From contig NW_027362768.1 of NCBI RefSeq assembly GCF_046119375.1, forward strand, positions 157,914,001-157,978,000: 64,000 bases of DNA, written 5' to 3'. A program made the translations under genes and the position numbers. The notes under the pieces are model-generated. The model saw only the letters and a list, made by a program, of their open reading frames with translations, had not been told where the DNA came from and did not search any database. Below are positions 24,201 through 35,734 of the stretch, in pieces. Source of the stretch: Phyllobates terribilis. Lineage: Eukaryota. Position 1 is the stretch's first letter. The number at the start of each line of letters is the position of its first letter.

Positions 24201-27200
24201 GCAAAAGAATAAGAAATCAGGAAGGGGGCAAACACTTTTCACACCAATGTATATCATGCTTCCTACAATCAGACGTCTCACTATAAGGCCAAATTCAGAC
24301 GTCCATATATCATGTTCCAAGTAAGGACCACGATGCACGGAGCGCCTGCAGGGGTGGACTTTTATTTGTAATAAAGGATTTTATTCAGGTTTATTACAAT
24401 ATGACTATGGGGTTAGTAATGGGGGCGTCTTATAGACACCCTCCATTACTAACCTGGGCTTCATGTCAGCTGCCAATACAAGGCTGACATGAACCCCAAC
24501 CCTATTACCCCACTGCCACTGCACCAGGGCAAGTGGGAAGAGCGGAGGCTAAGCGCCAGAGTTGGCGCATCTTATTGATGCGCTATTTCTGGGGCCACTG
24601 AGGGCTGATCTCATTAGCCTCGGAAGGGGCCAGTATCCAAGGCCCCTTCCCTGGCTAGTAACATCAGCCCCCCGCGGTCAGCTTTCCCTCTGCTGGTTAT
24701 GAAAATGATGAGGGAGCCCACACCATTATTTTTAATTTAATTCTTCATTTTACACTGGATGTGGACAGCGGGTGCTGAATACAACTCCCATCATTGTCTC
24801 CGAGATCAGCGCGAGCAGGGGACAATGATGAGAGCTGCCTCCAGCAGCCGATGCAGGGGATCAGCGTGAACTGTACTGCTGATTCCCAGACGCCGGTACG
24901 TGTCACGCTGATAACACACGTATGTCATCTGTGTGTCATCTGTGTGCACGTGTGCAGCATGCATTTTGTCAGTGCTGCACCAAAAAACCTGTCATGTCTG
25001 CGGGTTTCTCACATGGACACACAGCCCGTGTGACAAACCTGACATCTGCGCACACCCACTGAATACAATGGTTGTGGGTATGTCCGTATTTGGGCCCTTT
25101 AAAAACGGACAGCATACGGACATACAAAACAGACCTGTGAATAGGGCCTTACAACGTGTAAAAGTAACCGCGTCGTCTGGAAATCATCAGGACAGGATTT
25201 TAGCCTTTGAGTTTGATTCCAGAAAAGTCTCAGTAAATCACAGGTTATGCGGCTTTTACAGAAACTCATTGTTTTCCAATATGGAAAAAAGTTGTGAGAG
25301 TTTTTGCAACTTTCCGAAACTTCTGAATAGAGAATATGCCAAATTGTCCAGCCATGAAGCCCGCTCTCCTGTATCAGCAGGCAGATTGTTGTTGGGGCGT
25401 ATAGTAATTGGATGATGATTACTGTTATGGCAGCAAGATTTATTGTCACCCGGATTTCCAGAAATGATCGGTGCTATTGCTACATCATAAGTGAAAAGAA
25501 CAACTCAATGACTTTTACTACAAGGAAGATCCAGAGCATCGTCTAATGGAAACCCGGAAAAGAAAAGTCACTCCACATACCAGTCAGGAGAACACGTGGC
25601 GAGCTGGACGCAGTAACCGCTTTTATTCTCATAAGGATATCCAGTCCGAGTTATCTGAAAAGTAAAAATCACACAAACAAATATGGATTTATTATAAAAT
25701 ATTGTTTGTATGAACGTGGGGTTACATGGCATTAAATCTCATAAAGGCCTAAAACGTGGAATGGATGGAGACAATTTTCTAAATACATTACTCATGCTGA
25801 TCCTGAGTTACATCCTGTATTATACTCCAGAGCTGCACTCACTATTCTGCTGGTGCAGTCACTGTGTACATACATTACATTACTTATCCTGTACTGATCC
25901 TGAGTTACATCCTGTATTATACTCCAGAGCTGCACTCACTATTCTGCTGGTGGAGTCACTGTGTACATACATTACATTACTTATCCTGTACTGATCCTGA
26001 GTTACATCCTGTATTATACTGCAGAGCTGCACTCACTATTCTGCTGGTGCAGTCACTGTGTACATACATTACATTACTTATCCTGTACTGATCCTGAGTT
26101 ACATCCTGTATTATACTGCAGAGCTGCACTCACTATTCTGCTGGTGCAGTTACTGTGTACATACATTACATTACTGATCCTGTACTGATCCTGAGTTACA
26201 TCCTGTATTATACTCCAGAGCTGCACTCACTATTCTGCTGGTGCAGTCACTGTGTACATACATTACATTAGTGATCTTGAGTTACATCCTGTATTATACT
26301 CCAGAGTTGCACTCACTATTCTTCTGGTGCAGTCACTGTGTACATACATTACATTACTGATCCTGTACTGATCCTGAGTTACATCCTGTATTATACTCCA
26401 GAGCTGCATTCAATATTCTGCTGGTGCAGTCACTGTGTACATACATTACATTACTGATCCTGCGTTACATCCTGTATTATACTCCAGAGCTGCACTCACT
26501 ATTCTTCTGGTGCAGTCACTGTGTACATACATTACATTACTGATCCTGTACTGATCCTGAGTTACATCCTGTATTATACTCCAGAGCTGCATTCAATATT
26601 CTGCTGGTGCAGTCATTGTATCTATATAAAATGCATCCGTAATTTACATGTCACATTTTGTAGATTTTTGAAGATAAATGAATCTATGAGATGTAAATAG
26701 TGACATAAAATTGTAGAACAGTGATCTGAGTCGCTCCTCCTGTTGGACTCGCTGAGTGTCTCTTCCTTATGACACATCATGGCGGCGGTACATCTGCCAA
26801 TATTCTGCATAGGAATCTGACACATCACAAGTCCTCTCATGCCGGACTTTTCCTCCCGATGTTCTGGACTTCGTCAGAGGAGTTTTTGAAAGAAAAAAAA
26901 AACATAAATAAAATAATTGGTGGCCAAATCTCGCCTCAAAGTAGTCCGGGAGCCAGTGTAAGTCAGTGATCACCTCCCGGTGGCCGTGCTCTATAGAGGA
27001 CACTGCGCAGTATCTCACCAGCGGAGAATCATGGGATTGCTTCACTTCCAGAGGAGTCTGTAGAAAGAAAAACAGCAATGTACCAGGCGGTAATAATATT
27101 ACCAGTAATACACCAGGCGGTAATATCAACAGTAATACACCAGGCGGTAATAACATTACCAGTAATACACCAGGCGGTAATAATATTACCAGTAATACAT

Positions 27201-30200
27201 CAGGCGGTAATAATATTACCAGTAATACACCAGGCGGTAATAATATTACCAGTAATACACCAGGCGGTAATAATATTACCAGTAATACACCAGGCGGTAA
27301 TATTACCAGGAATACACCAGGCGGTAATAATATTACCAGTAATACACCAGGCGGTAATAATATTACCAGTAATACACCAGACGGTAATAATATTACCAGT
27401 AATACACCAGGCGGTAATAATATTACCAGTAATACACCAGGCGGTAATATTACCAGGAATACACCAGGCGGTAATAATATTACCAGTAATACACCAGGCG
27501 GTAATAATATTACCAGTAATACACCAGGCGGTAATAACATTACCAGTAATACACCAGGCGGCAATAATATTACCAGTAATACACCAGGCGGTAATATTAC
27601 CAGTAATACACCAGGCGGTAATATTACCAGTAATACACCAGGCGGTAATAATATTACCAGTAATACACCAGGCGGTAATATTACCAGTAATACACCAGGC
27701 GGTAATAATATTACCAGTAATACACCAGGCGGTAATAATATTACCAGTAATACACCAGGCGGTAATATTACCAGTAATACACCAGGCGGTAATAACATTA
27801 CCAGTAATACACCAGGCGGTAATAATATTACCAGTAATACACCAGGCGGTAATATCAACAGTAATACACCAGGCGGTAATAATATTACCAGTAATACACC
27901 AGACGGTAATAATATTACCAGTAATACACCAGGCGGTAATAATATTACCAGTAATACACCAGGCGGTAATATCAACAGTAATACACCAGGCGGTAATAAT
28001 ATTACCAGTAATACACCAGACGGTAATAATATTACCAGTAATACACCAGGCGGTAATAATATTACCAGTAATACACCAGGCGGTAATATTACCAGGAATA
28101 CACCAGGCGGTAATAATATTACCAGTAATACACCAGGCGGTAATATTACCAGTAATACACCAGACGGTAATAATATTACCAGTAATACACCAGGCGGTAA
28201 TAATATTACCAGTAATACACCAGGCGGTAATAACATTACCAGTAATACACCAGGCGGCAATAATATTACCAGTAATACACCAGGCGGTAATAATATTACC
28301 AGTAATACACCAGGCGGTAATATTACCAGTAATACACCAGGCGGTAAAAATATTACCAGTAATACACCAGGCGGTAATAATATTACCAGTAATACACCAG
28401 GCGGTAATATTACCAGTAATACACCAGGCGGTAATAATATTACCAGTAATACACCAGGCGGTAATAATATTACCAGTAATACACCAGGCGGTAATATTAC
28501 CAGTAATACACCAGGCGGTAATAATATTACCAGTAATACACCAGGCGGTAATATTACCAGTAATGCACCAGGCGGTAATAACATTACCAGTAATACACCA
28601 GGCGGTAATAATATTACCAGTAATACACCAGGTGGTAATAATATTACCAGTAATACACCAGGCGGTAATATTACCAGTAATACACCAGGCGGTAATAACA
28701 TTACCAGTAATACACCAGGCGGTAATAATATTACCAGTAATACACCAGGCGGTAATATCAACATCAATATCAATATTCCAACCTTGGATGGAAAACACAA
28801 CGTCAAGATCCTTGAACATCCGATCTGCCTTTTGTTAAGCGTTATTTCACACTTTTGAGCTCCAGGGACCTTCTGCTCCAAAAACGCCTCAAAATAAATC
28901 AGTGTCATCGTACCCTAAAGACCCCCATACATTTTAGACTCACGGCAGCCGAACCCTCAGATATCAGCAGGGTCGTCCGACATTAGTTTAATGTGAATAG
29001 GAGCCTCCCGACTCTCCCCGACACATCATGTTCGGAGACAGAAGGGTCCAACATGTTCGATTGTTGCCTCTGAGATAAGCCACATCCTTAGGACTGACAG
29101 TGGCTCCTTCATGGAGGAGAGTTCAGATGACAGCTATCTATCGTGTACACTGGCCACTTATGTGGCACCCCAGAGGGTCTGGTTGCCACAGTGATAGTAA
29201 TGCCATGTCTGGGAGCAAAACAGGAGTTTCCTGGTTAGGGAACACTCTACCTGCAACACCTCCTGCTGCAGACCAGAAAAGGGGAGGATCCTGCCCTTTA
29301 TTACTGGATCTGGAGGCGGGGTTAGCCAGTCTAGTGACAGGAGTCAAGCAGGACACACTAAGGAGCAAGGAGCTGAGGACTGGAGCTGGCAGAGCTCGTC
29401 CTAGCCGGAGTAGATACAGAGTTGTGGACACCGGAGTCCGAGGCTGTGGGACCCTTCAGGCCCAGCAGCAGATACCACAGGGCAGGGGATTTCAGGTCTC
29501 CTGGCCCAACAGAAGCCCGGAGGCTCAGCCACAAGAAAGGACCAGTACCATCACAGAGGAGCGAGGAATACACGGGATCCGAGTCGCCAGCCATACGGGT
29601 GAGCACCGCACGTCACACTCAGGGACGTGGGCTACAACACGACTATAAGCGAGATAGCCAAAGAGTAGAGTCAGAACGGCAGGCCTACAACTCCACCTGG
29701 CCAGGGGAATTCCAGGACTGCTCCCAGACTGACCAGGCCCTCATCCATAGCAAGTACTCCCGTTGGGGTCTATATAATTACCACCAGTAATGACCCTAGG
29801 ACCGCACTGCAAAGACTCTGTGTTATTATTACTGATCCAGGCACTATCACCATCATCATCCATACACGCTGCCCTGAAGCTCCACTCTTCCTGTGGGGAG
29901 TTACATCACCTTGCTGCCCATACCATCAGCTTCAGTGGACTGCTCCGCAGCGGCGGTTCCCAATAACCGCATCCCACAGGTGGCGTAGTCGGACTATATA
30001 TAGCCTATACACATAGACTAGCCTGGTTTGACCGCCCTGGGTCACAGACCGGGTCGCCGCCACGGTGACTACAACCCCCAGCATCTACAAGGTCCGGCTC
30101 CGGGTACCCCCCATGGCCCAGGGGGCGCATAACATACAGAAAAAGTCAGCCGATATAGTGGAATTTAGAAGTTTGGCCGATCAATTATAAAAAACGATTA

Positions 30201-30760
30201 TTCACGGTTGTCGACAGGTAACTTCCATTTGCCAAAAGTGTGATCTGTCAGTTTGGGTGCTTTTTAGGCCGTTGTTGGTGACATTAATGATGTGTATTAT
30301 GGCACGAGCGTTAATAATAATAATTTTTATTTATATAGTGCCAACATATTCCGCAGCACTTTACAATTAAATTAGAACGTTGATCATTTGCTGCTATGAT
30401 ACAAGTGATCAGTTTGTTTCGCCTCATGTACAGCAGACCCTTCCCTTTAATAATCCACCTTCTGTAATGTTCCCAGTACCTGACCGTTCATACATCCTGC
30501 AGCGATAATATTGGGGTCACTTGGGCAGAACTGGAAGCAATAAATGTCATCTGGGCATTCGAGCATCAGCTGGAGAGAATAAGAGAAAAAGTCACCATGA
30601 GACGGGATCGCAGCAGAATTCAGGAGCCCCAGGACCTGCGGATGGATGGGGTCATTCAGGCTCCAAATGAGAATCAGCGATGGCGTCAAGATGAGTTTAA
30701 AAGAAGCGTTGACTCGATCCTCCAGCGACAGCCGTTCTGTGAGCGAGACTGCGACCAAAC
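12275..30760 (-). CDS. DNAI3: DNAI3/WDR63 5'-truncated duplicate, copy II: 13 exons, 508 codons open to the natural stop
   Basis: Exons 30636-30760, 30480-30569, 26935-27057, 25581-25654, 23347-23494, 21011-21098 ([29 protein letters not shown]), 18529-18659 (DKLQTP...SYFAGTE), 16941-17004 ([21 protein letters not shown]), 16548-16678 ([20 protein letters not shown]...WKEGVT), 15509-15713 (SGPILQSCC...KPWIMS), 14927-15018 ([15 protein letters not shown]...ANE), 12541-12663 ([12 protein letters not shown]...), 12275-12409 ([11 protein letters not shown]...EKEL*). Total 1529 nt, all phases compatible. Functional status unknown. Confidence 0.92.
12740..14495. repeat. ~3 tandem copies of a ~592-bp unit inside a DNAI3 intron
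   Basis: atgcaagctgccaatgcc at ~12746, 13323, 13915; atggtggccc at 13126, 13718, 14301. Units are visibly diverged from one another. Confidence 0.93.
17520..17944. mobile_element. Penelope-like terminal-repeat relic in inverted arrangement with a degenerate hammerhead motif
   Basis: ~105-bp inverted arms (17687-17791 / 17840-17944); CTGATGA at 17817-17823, stem GGAGTT/AACTCT, GAAA-TGCGTT at 17842-17851. Left boundary approximate. Confidence 0.55.
17973..18242 (-). mobile_element. Deleted Tc1 fragment (TIR plus part of the DDE transposase), only in copy II
   Basis: ta|cactgtgttccaaattattatgca terminus; the - strand encodes FLKQHFLPWFKKKNRAFRSKIIFMHDNA, a Tc1-type second-Asp motif. Confidence 0.7.
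20010..20800. repeat. Degenerate ~27-28-bp minisatellite (tggcactgtatggtggcattattatatt)
   Basis: Direct tandem repetition; ~380 bp longer than the paralogous array near 46250. Confidence 0.9.
22428..22631. mobile_element. MITE, paralogue of 874-1087
   Basis: Same TIRs and TAA flanks, more diverged. Confidence 0.75.
23895..24249. mobile_element. Tc1-like terminal fragment, paralogue of 2330-2685
   Basis: Same terminus ...cacaccaatg|ta. Confidence 0.6.
24287..25148. mobile_element. Harbinger-like element, paralogue of 2723-3574
   Basis: Same TIRs and TAA/TTA flanks. Confidence 0.6.
25794..26619. repeat. ~97-bp minisatellite, ~8.5-9 units
   Basis: Same unit as 4221-4668, higher copy number. 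Confidence 0.95.
27079..28765. repeat. 27/30-bp minisatellite expanded to ~58 units
   Basis: Same unit as 5130-5300; it generates the artefactual 539-713 aa repetitive ORFs. Confidence 0.97.
29161..30131. mobile_element. Solo LTR, paralogue of 5698-6668
   Basis: Same termini; TSD ACTTA/ACATA (one substitution). Confidence 0.75.
30312..30368 (-). mobile_element. L2-like 3' tail relic, paralogue of 6849-6905
   Basis: Identical sequence at +23463. Confidence 0.7.
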
Positions 30761-30891
30761 CTGGTGAAGGAATAAGTAGTACAGAACGTATAATGTATAG
30801 TGGATTGCAAAGTGGGCAGACATGTCAGGAGCTGAGCTGCTCCATAGCCAGGCGGTGCCGGCTGTGTAATACGACCGACACCTGCTGCTAT

Positions 30892-31060
30892 GGGCGCAGT
30901 CACATAAGTCGGACCAAGATCGGAACACAATGCCCGGACTGGCTGGCGAGTCTCCCGACCCGAGCATGAAGCCGACACGCTTGGGTCGGGAGAGCCGCCG
31001 GCCAGTCCGAGCATTGTGTTCTGATCTTGGTCCGATTTATACAGCCGTCTGACTGCGCCC
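30892..31060. repeat. Palindromic MITE-like core, paralogue of 7429-7597
   Basis: Near-identical sequence at +23463. Confidence 0.7.
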
Positions 31061-31213
31061 CAATAGTAATGATGGGAACTTGCTGGCGCTGGTTGCGCCT
31101 GTGTGATAAGGAAATCATTAAATGTGATGTGGCAACACAACACTGTTTACTGCCATAACATTACAGTCATGTACATACTGTATATATATATATATATATA
31201 TATAAAAAAATAC

Positions 31214-31834
31214 AGACATGTGGTATCCTCGTGTTCAAAAAAGTCCGATCTATCAAAATATAAAAACAATTAACCTTATCGGTAAACACCGTAAACGGAA
31301 AAAATTCAAGAACACCAAAATTACATCTTTTTGGTTGCCACAATTCCACATAAAGGGATGTAACAAGCGATCAAAAAGTCACATGTATTCAAAATGATGT
31401 TAATCAAAACGTTGTCTCACCCCGCAAAAAAATAAACCTCCACACAGCTCTATAGGCTGAAAAATAAAATTGTTACGGGACTCAAAAAATGGCGACTAAC
31501 CCCAAATTTTTTTGTTTACAAACTTCTGATTTTACATAACAAAAAATGGACATATTGGGTATAGTCGTAATCATATTGATGAGGAGACTCATATTGTAAG
31601 GTTGTTTTTACCAAAAAAAAGTCAGAATTGGGTTTTCCTTTCACAATTTCACCACACTTGGAATTTTTTTCCCATTATCCAGTACACTATGTGCTAAAAT
31701 GAATGGTGACATTCAAGAGTATAACCCGTCCTGCAAAAAACTAGTCCTGATATGTCCATGTGGACAGAAAAATAACAGTTATGGCTCTGGAAGAAGGGGA
31801 GAAAAAAACAGAAATTGGCCGCAGCGTGAAGGGG
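31214..31834. mobile_element. TTAA-ended element fragment, paralogue of 7755-8375
   Basis: Ends gtgaagggg|ttaa (31835-31838). Confidence 0.4.
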
Positions 31835-34800
31835 TTAATGTATAACTATCGTTTCAGGAGAACTTGCAGCTTAATGTCAGTATCGGCCTCTCGCTCCTCC
31901 CCCTCCAGAGAATTTTATGAGCACCAACTGCCATCTCCTATCTCAGTAATGTGAAATTGGGAGTGAAAGATCAGTACAGGAGAAGAAAGGAAATCTATTA
32001 AAAGTTTTTCTTTTTCACTTTTAATAAATAAAATAATGTTTTATATCAAAAAGAAAAAAAAAGTCTTTGTTCCTCATACTGAACAATCACAGCCCAGCTT
32101 CCACGTTTTGGGTTCCATAGTAAAGACTATTATGATGCCAGGTTGTGACACTTATGCCATTTCTATGACTATTTTGGTCAATTCCTCACCACCTGGTTTA
32201 CTAAAAATGCCACCCCTCTATAGAGGGGAGTCCTGTATCAAACACCACACAACACCAACGGAGATGAGATCAACCAGTTGTACCTGTTTATAATGGCCCC
32301 ATTGCAGCCCATGGGCCACATCCATGGTGGATATAAAAGGGCATCACATTGGCTGCATCTATTGTAATGGTTAAAGGTCATTATTCAGACATAGAACTAA
32401 CGACAGCAGATATAGTCATCATTTTTTATTATTTTCATTATTGGACCATTTCCTTTTAATGATAATTCAACTTGTCAAATGGCTGTTTTGAAAATAACTA
32501 AAAGTACGCAGATTGTTTACATTTAAAAATTAATACTTGATTCCTATTGGCTGCTGGAAGTCCCTCCCATTTAGAATGCCCGAGTAGAACGCTCATAATC
32601 GTTGCTGCGGAAACAAATCGTTGATGCAGTGACGGCGGTTGGAGAGACAGCATCTCGTTTTGCGATTCCCCAAATTTTGCAAAATGTTTCGCATTTTATT
32701 TGAATTGTGTTCGAACGTCTTGAGATTTTCAGAAGGGCAGTACGTCATCACATCAGGTCAGATCTTTAGCAGCTTATGTACATTAAATGTAATATATTGG
32801 GAGAAGAAAAGCCACCCAAAACAGATTTTGTGTGGCCAGATGCCCTTCATGAACGGAGGCGGTTAGTGGATGTTGGAATCTCCTATCCAAAATTTGCACC
32901 ATCATCTCCTAAAAAGTGTACAAAAACTACCCATGTTAATATATAGAGATGACCAGGCCTTCAAAAATCATAGGCATTGACTTTGTATGATCATCTCCAT
33001 GGTCATGTAGGTTTCTTCCAGGTTCTTCAAATTCTACAACACAAAAATATCTTGGCCCAATATGTCCGTGGAGACAGACATGCGGTGCGTCTTCTCAGAC
33101 CGCAGCATGTCAATTTCTCTAGTCTCCACATGCGAAATTTTATCAGTGCAATGTATAGGATGCGGTGAATCCGCATGTGTTCAATGAACAAATGCAGATT
33201 CACCTGCGTGCAGCGCTTTGGACGCAGCATAAAGTATACTGTGTTCAAAGAGCCGCCAGAAAGGACCGTGTGCACATACCCTTAGTATCATCCAAAATAG
33301 AAGAAGAAAACCGTTCTAGATATTCTAGTCTCGGATGGGAAGTTTGGTGGGATGATAATGGAGTTTAGACGTCACCCTGAGCAGGACCCCCTGTACCCCT
33401 CTAACCTTCCAAATAAGCACAGTCTGTCTTCCTTAGAGCAGAGGATCTTCCTTCTTGCTTGGGTTGGTCTTAAACAGTCTTTAACTCCCACCATGTCTTC
33501 AGTTAGCCTTGGGCTCATGCACTCGGATGGTCACTCACTAGAGGCTTCTATGGGGTGATCAGAGACTAGATACATATTCAGTTACCTACTCAAATTTATA
33601 TATATATTTATTTTTTTTAAGGCACATGCATTTTTTTTAAATTACTAATATATATAAATATATTAGTAATTTAATTTAAAAACAAAATTGGTGCCTTAAA
33701 AAATCCCAAATTTTGGTGCTCGTAATTTGTGCAATAAAATTAGAAACTTTGGAAAAGTTTGGAAAGCGTGTGCGGTGTTAACAGGGAGGGATGATGGCCA
33801 CAATCAGATCAATATAGATCAAATATTCATTATGGTAGAAACTGGCACAAATAATACAGTGATTTCAATTTCTGTATTTAGAAGAAAATGTGAAATTTAT
33901 TAAAGAGCGTGCGTCTTCTAATAAATTAGTGCATTTTCCTCTGCTGCACTTTGGTTTAAAATTGATGGATGAAACACAAGTCACAACAAGTCTCCCCAAA
34001 ATACTTTCAGATACGTGATACCTGGTCACTTATAAACACAGTTTACATGGGAGGAGGACTGGATGTGAAACAGTATCAGTCTTGTCAATAGCGCCATTCT
34101 TGTCAATAGGCTGGGTCTGGTATTGCAGCTCGGCCCCATTCCAGCTGGAAAAAATACAGGAACTATTCAGGATTTTCTTGCCCTCCAAACAACCACCACT
34201 GTCTGACAGTTCTGCTCTAGAACTTCCTAAAGTTCAGGAGGTTCATCCCTCTTCATTATGGACTGAATGCACATAGGGCTACTCCTCTCCATAGGCCCCA
34301 CAATAAGAGGGGAAGGTAAAGGCCCATGGGGCATTCTCTGTGGCCCACTTCTCTCTTCCCATTGGATGTAGCCAACAAATACCTGGTGTGAGCAGAGTGA
34401 CTTATTCCTGGTGTATGTTCCTCCATAGATAATAACTGCAATATTAATTTCCGACAGGTTTGAATATAGATCTATCAGCTCTACTACCACCGATAAGACG
34501 TAGAAGACCAAGAATTAACGACCGGCAAAGAAGGATTTTCATCCAAAGAGTCCAGAGGGCCGGATACCGCGAGCTGGCAATGGGAGGATAAATGGTATGA
34601 CACTGCCTTATAGGCACGTGCCCACCAACCCACACACGTGTATGTACATCCAAGCACCCAAAACATATCACAGAAAACTCCGGACCCTCTTACTAAGGAA
34701 AAAAAATCAGTCACGTAGATGATTATGTGACACTGCCACGTGGGCCACATCGATGCAATCTTTGCATGCCCGGCTCATATTGCATCTCCCTAATGCACAT

Positions 34801-35457
34801 TGAGCCATGCCAGCATTGTCTGAGCTAGGCCGCTCTTAAAGGAGTTGTGCCATATACATCACTGTATGATCAATGGGGATCAGAGTGCAGGGGTCCTCAC
34901 CGATCACGAGAATAGGAGTCTCATAGTCCCCTGACGCCACTGCTTCACTCACTGTCCATGGGAGTGGTGGTCACATACGTGCAGTACTGCTCCCATAGAA
35001 GTGAATGGAGTGTACCATACATGTCTGATGGATCAGAATTCCACCTAAAAGAGACGATCAAGAAAATCGAGCAGCCTTGCTGCTAGTTTTTGACTGCTGG
35101 ACCAGAGCCCTGCAAATTTCTTCCTACCTTCCGATATTCTCGACACCTCTTCTGCTTTGTGCCACAACGTCATAGCGTTGCAAGGCCTACTAATCAGAAG
35201 AGGCACCAAAGATGTGAGCAGATAGGAGGAGGTTCTCCGGGCTCGGATCCAGTGACCATGGCTACTAATGTGGTCACTGGACCAGAGTCCTAATCTTTTA
35301 GCTCAATTATCACTTTAATAAATTAATTGAGACAAAAAATGTCCCTACTTGGATGACGGGAGACTCCACCAGCACATTGGGTGATAGAGACCTGGGGAGA
35401 AAGCGAGAGGTTCACCTTAAATAGTGTCAGAACGCTCCTAATTCTTTTCAACACAAC

Positions 35458-35463
35458 TTTATT
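35458..35463 (-). terminator. Candidate AATAAA polyadenylation signal of DNAI3 copy I
   Basis: Same position relative to the stop codon as 11998-12003. Confidence 0.5.
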
Positions 35464-35734
35464 TGTACAGTCCAGAAGAACACATTTTATATGATCCATC
35501 AGACTAGCGGTGGATGTAAATATATGTTACACACCGGTGATCCACAACCTGTGACTTTACAACTGTTGCAAAAACTATGACTCCCTGCACGCTGGGATTT
35601 GTAGTCTTTGCAATATCTGCAGAGCCCCAGGTTGGGGGTGACCGCAGTACACCACAGTACAATGTATGCGCTGGGTTTTTACTATTCTGTAGCTTTGAAG
35701 AATACAAACATCTGTCATTATGAGAATTAGGTTT

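Noticed and set aside
25710-26188. Regular 97-bp repeats resembling a CRISPR array, with repeated small ORFs
   Set aside because: Units are contiguous with no unique spacers, there are no cas genes, and the context is eukaryotic.
26767-28908. 539-713 aa ORFs in four frames (LLPPGVLLVI, PGGNNITSNT and similar repeats)
   Set aside because: They come from a stop-free 27/30-bp intronic minisatellite that is ten times shorter in the paralogue. Only the embedded DNAI3 exon is real.
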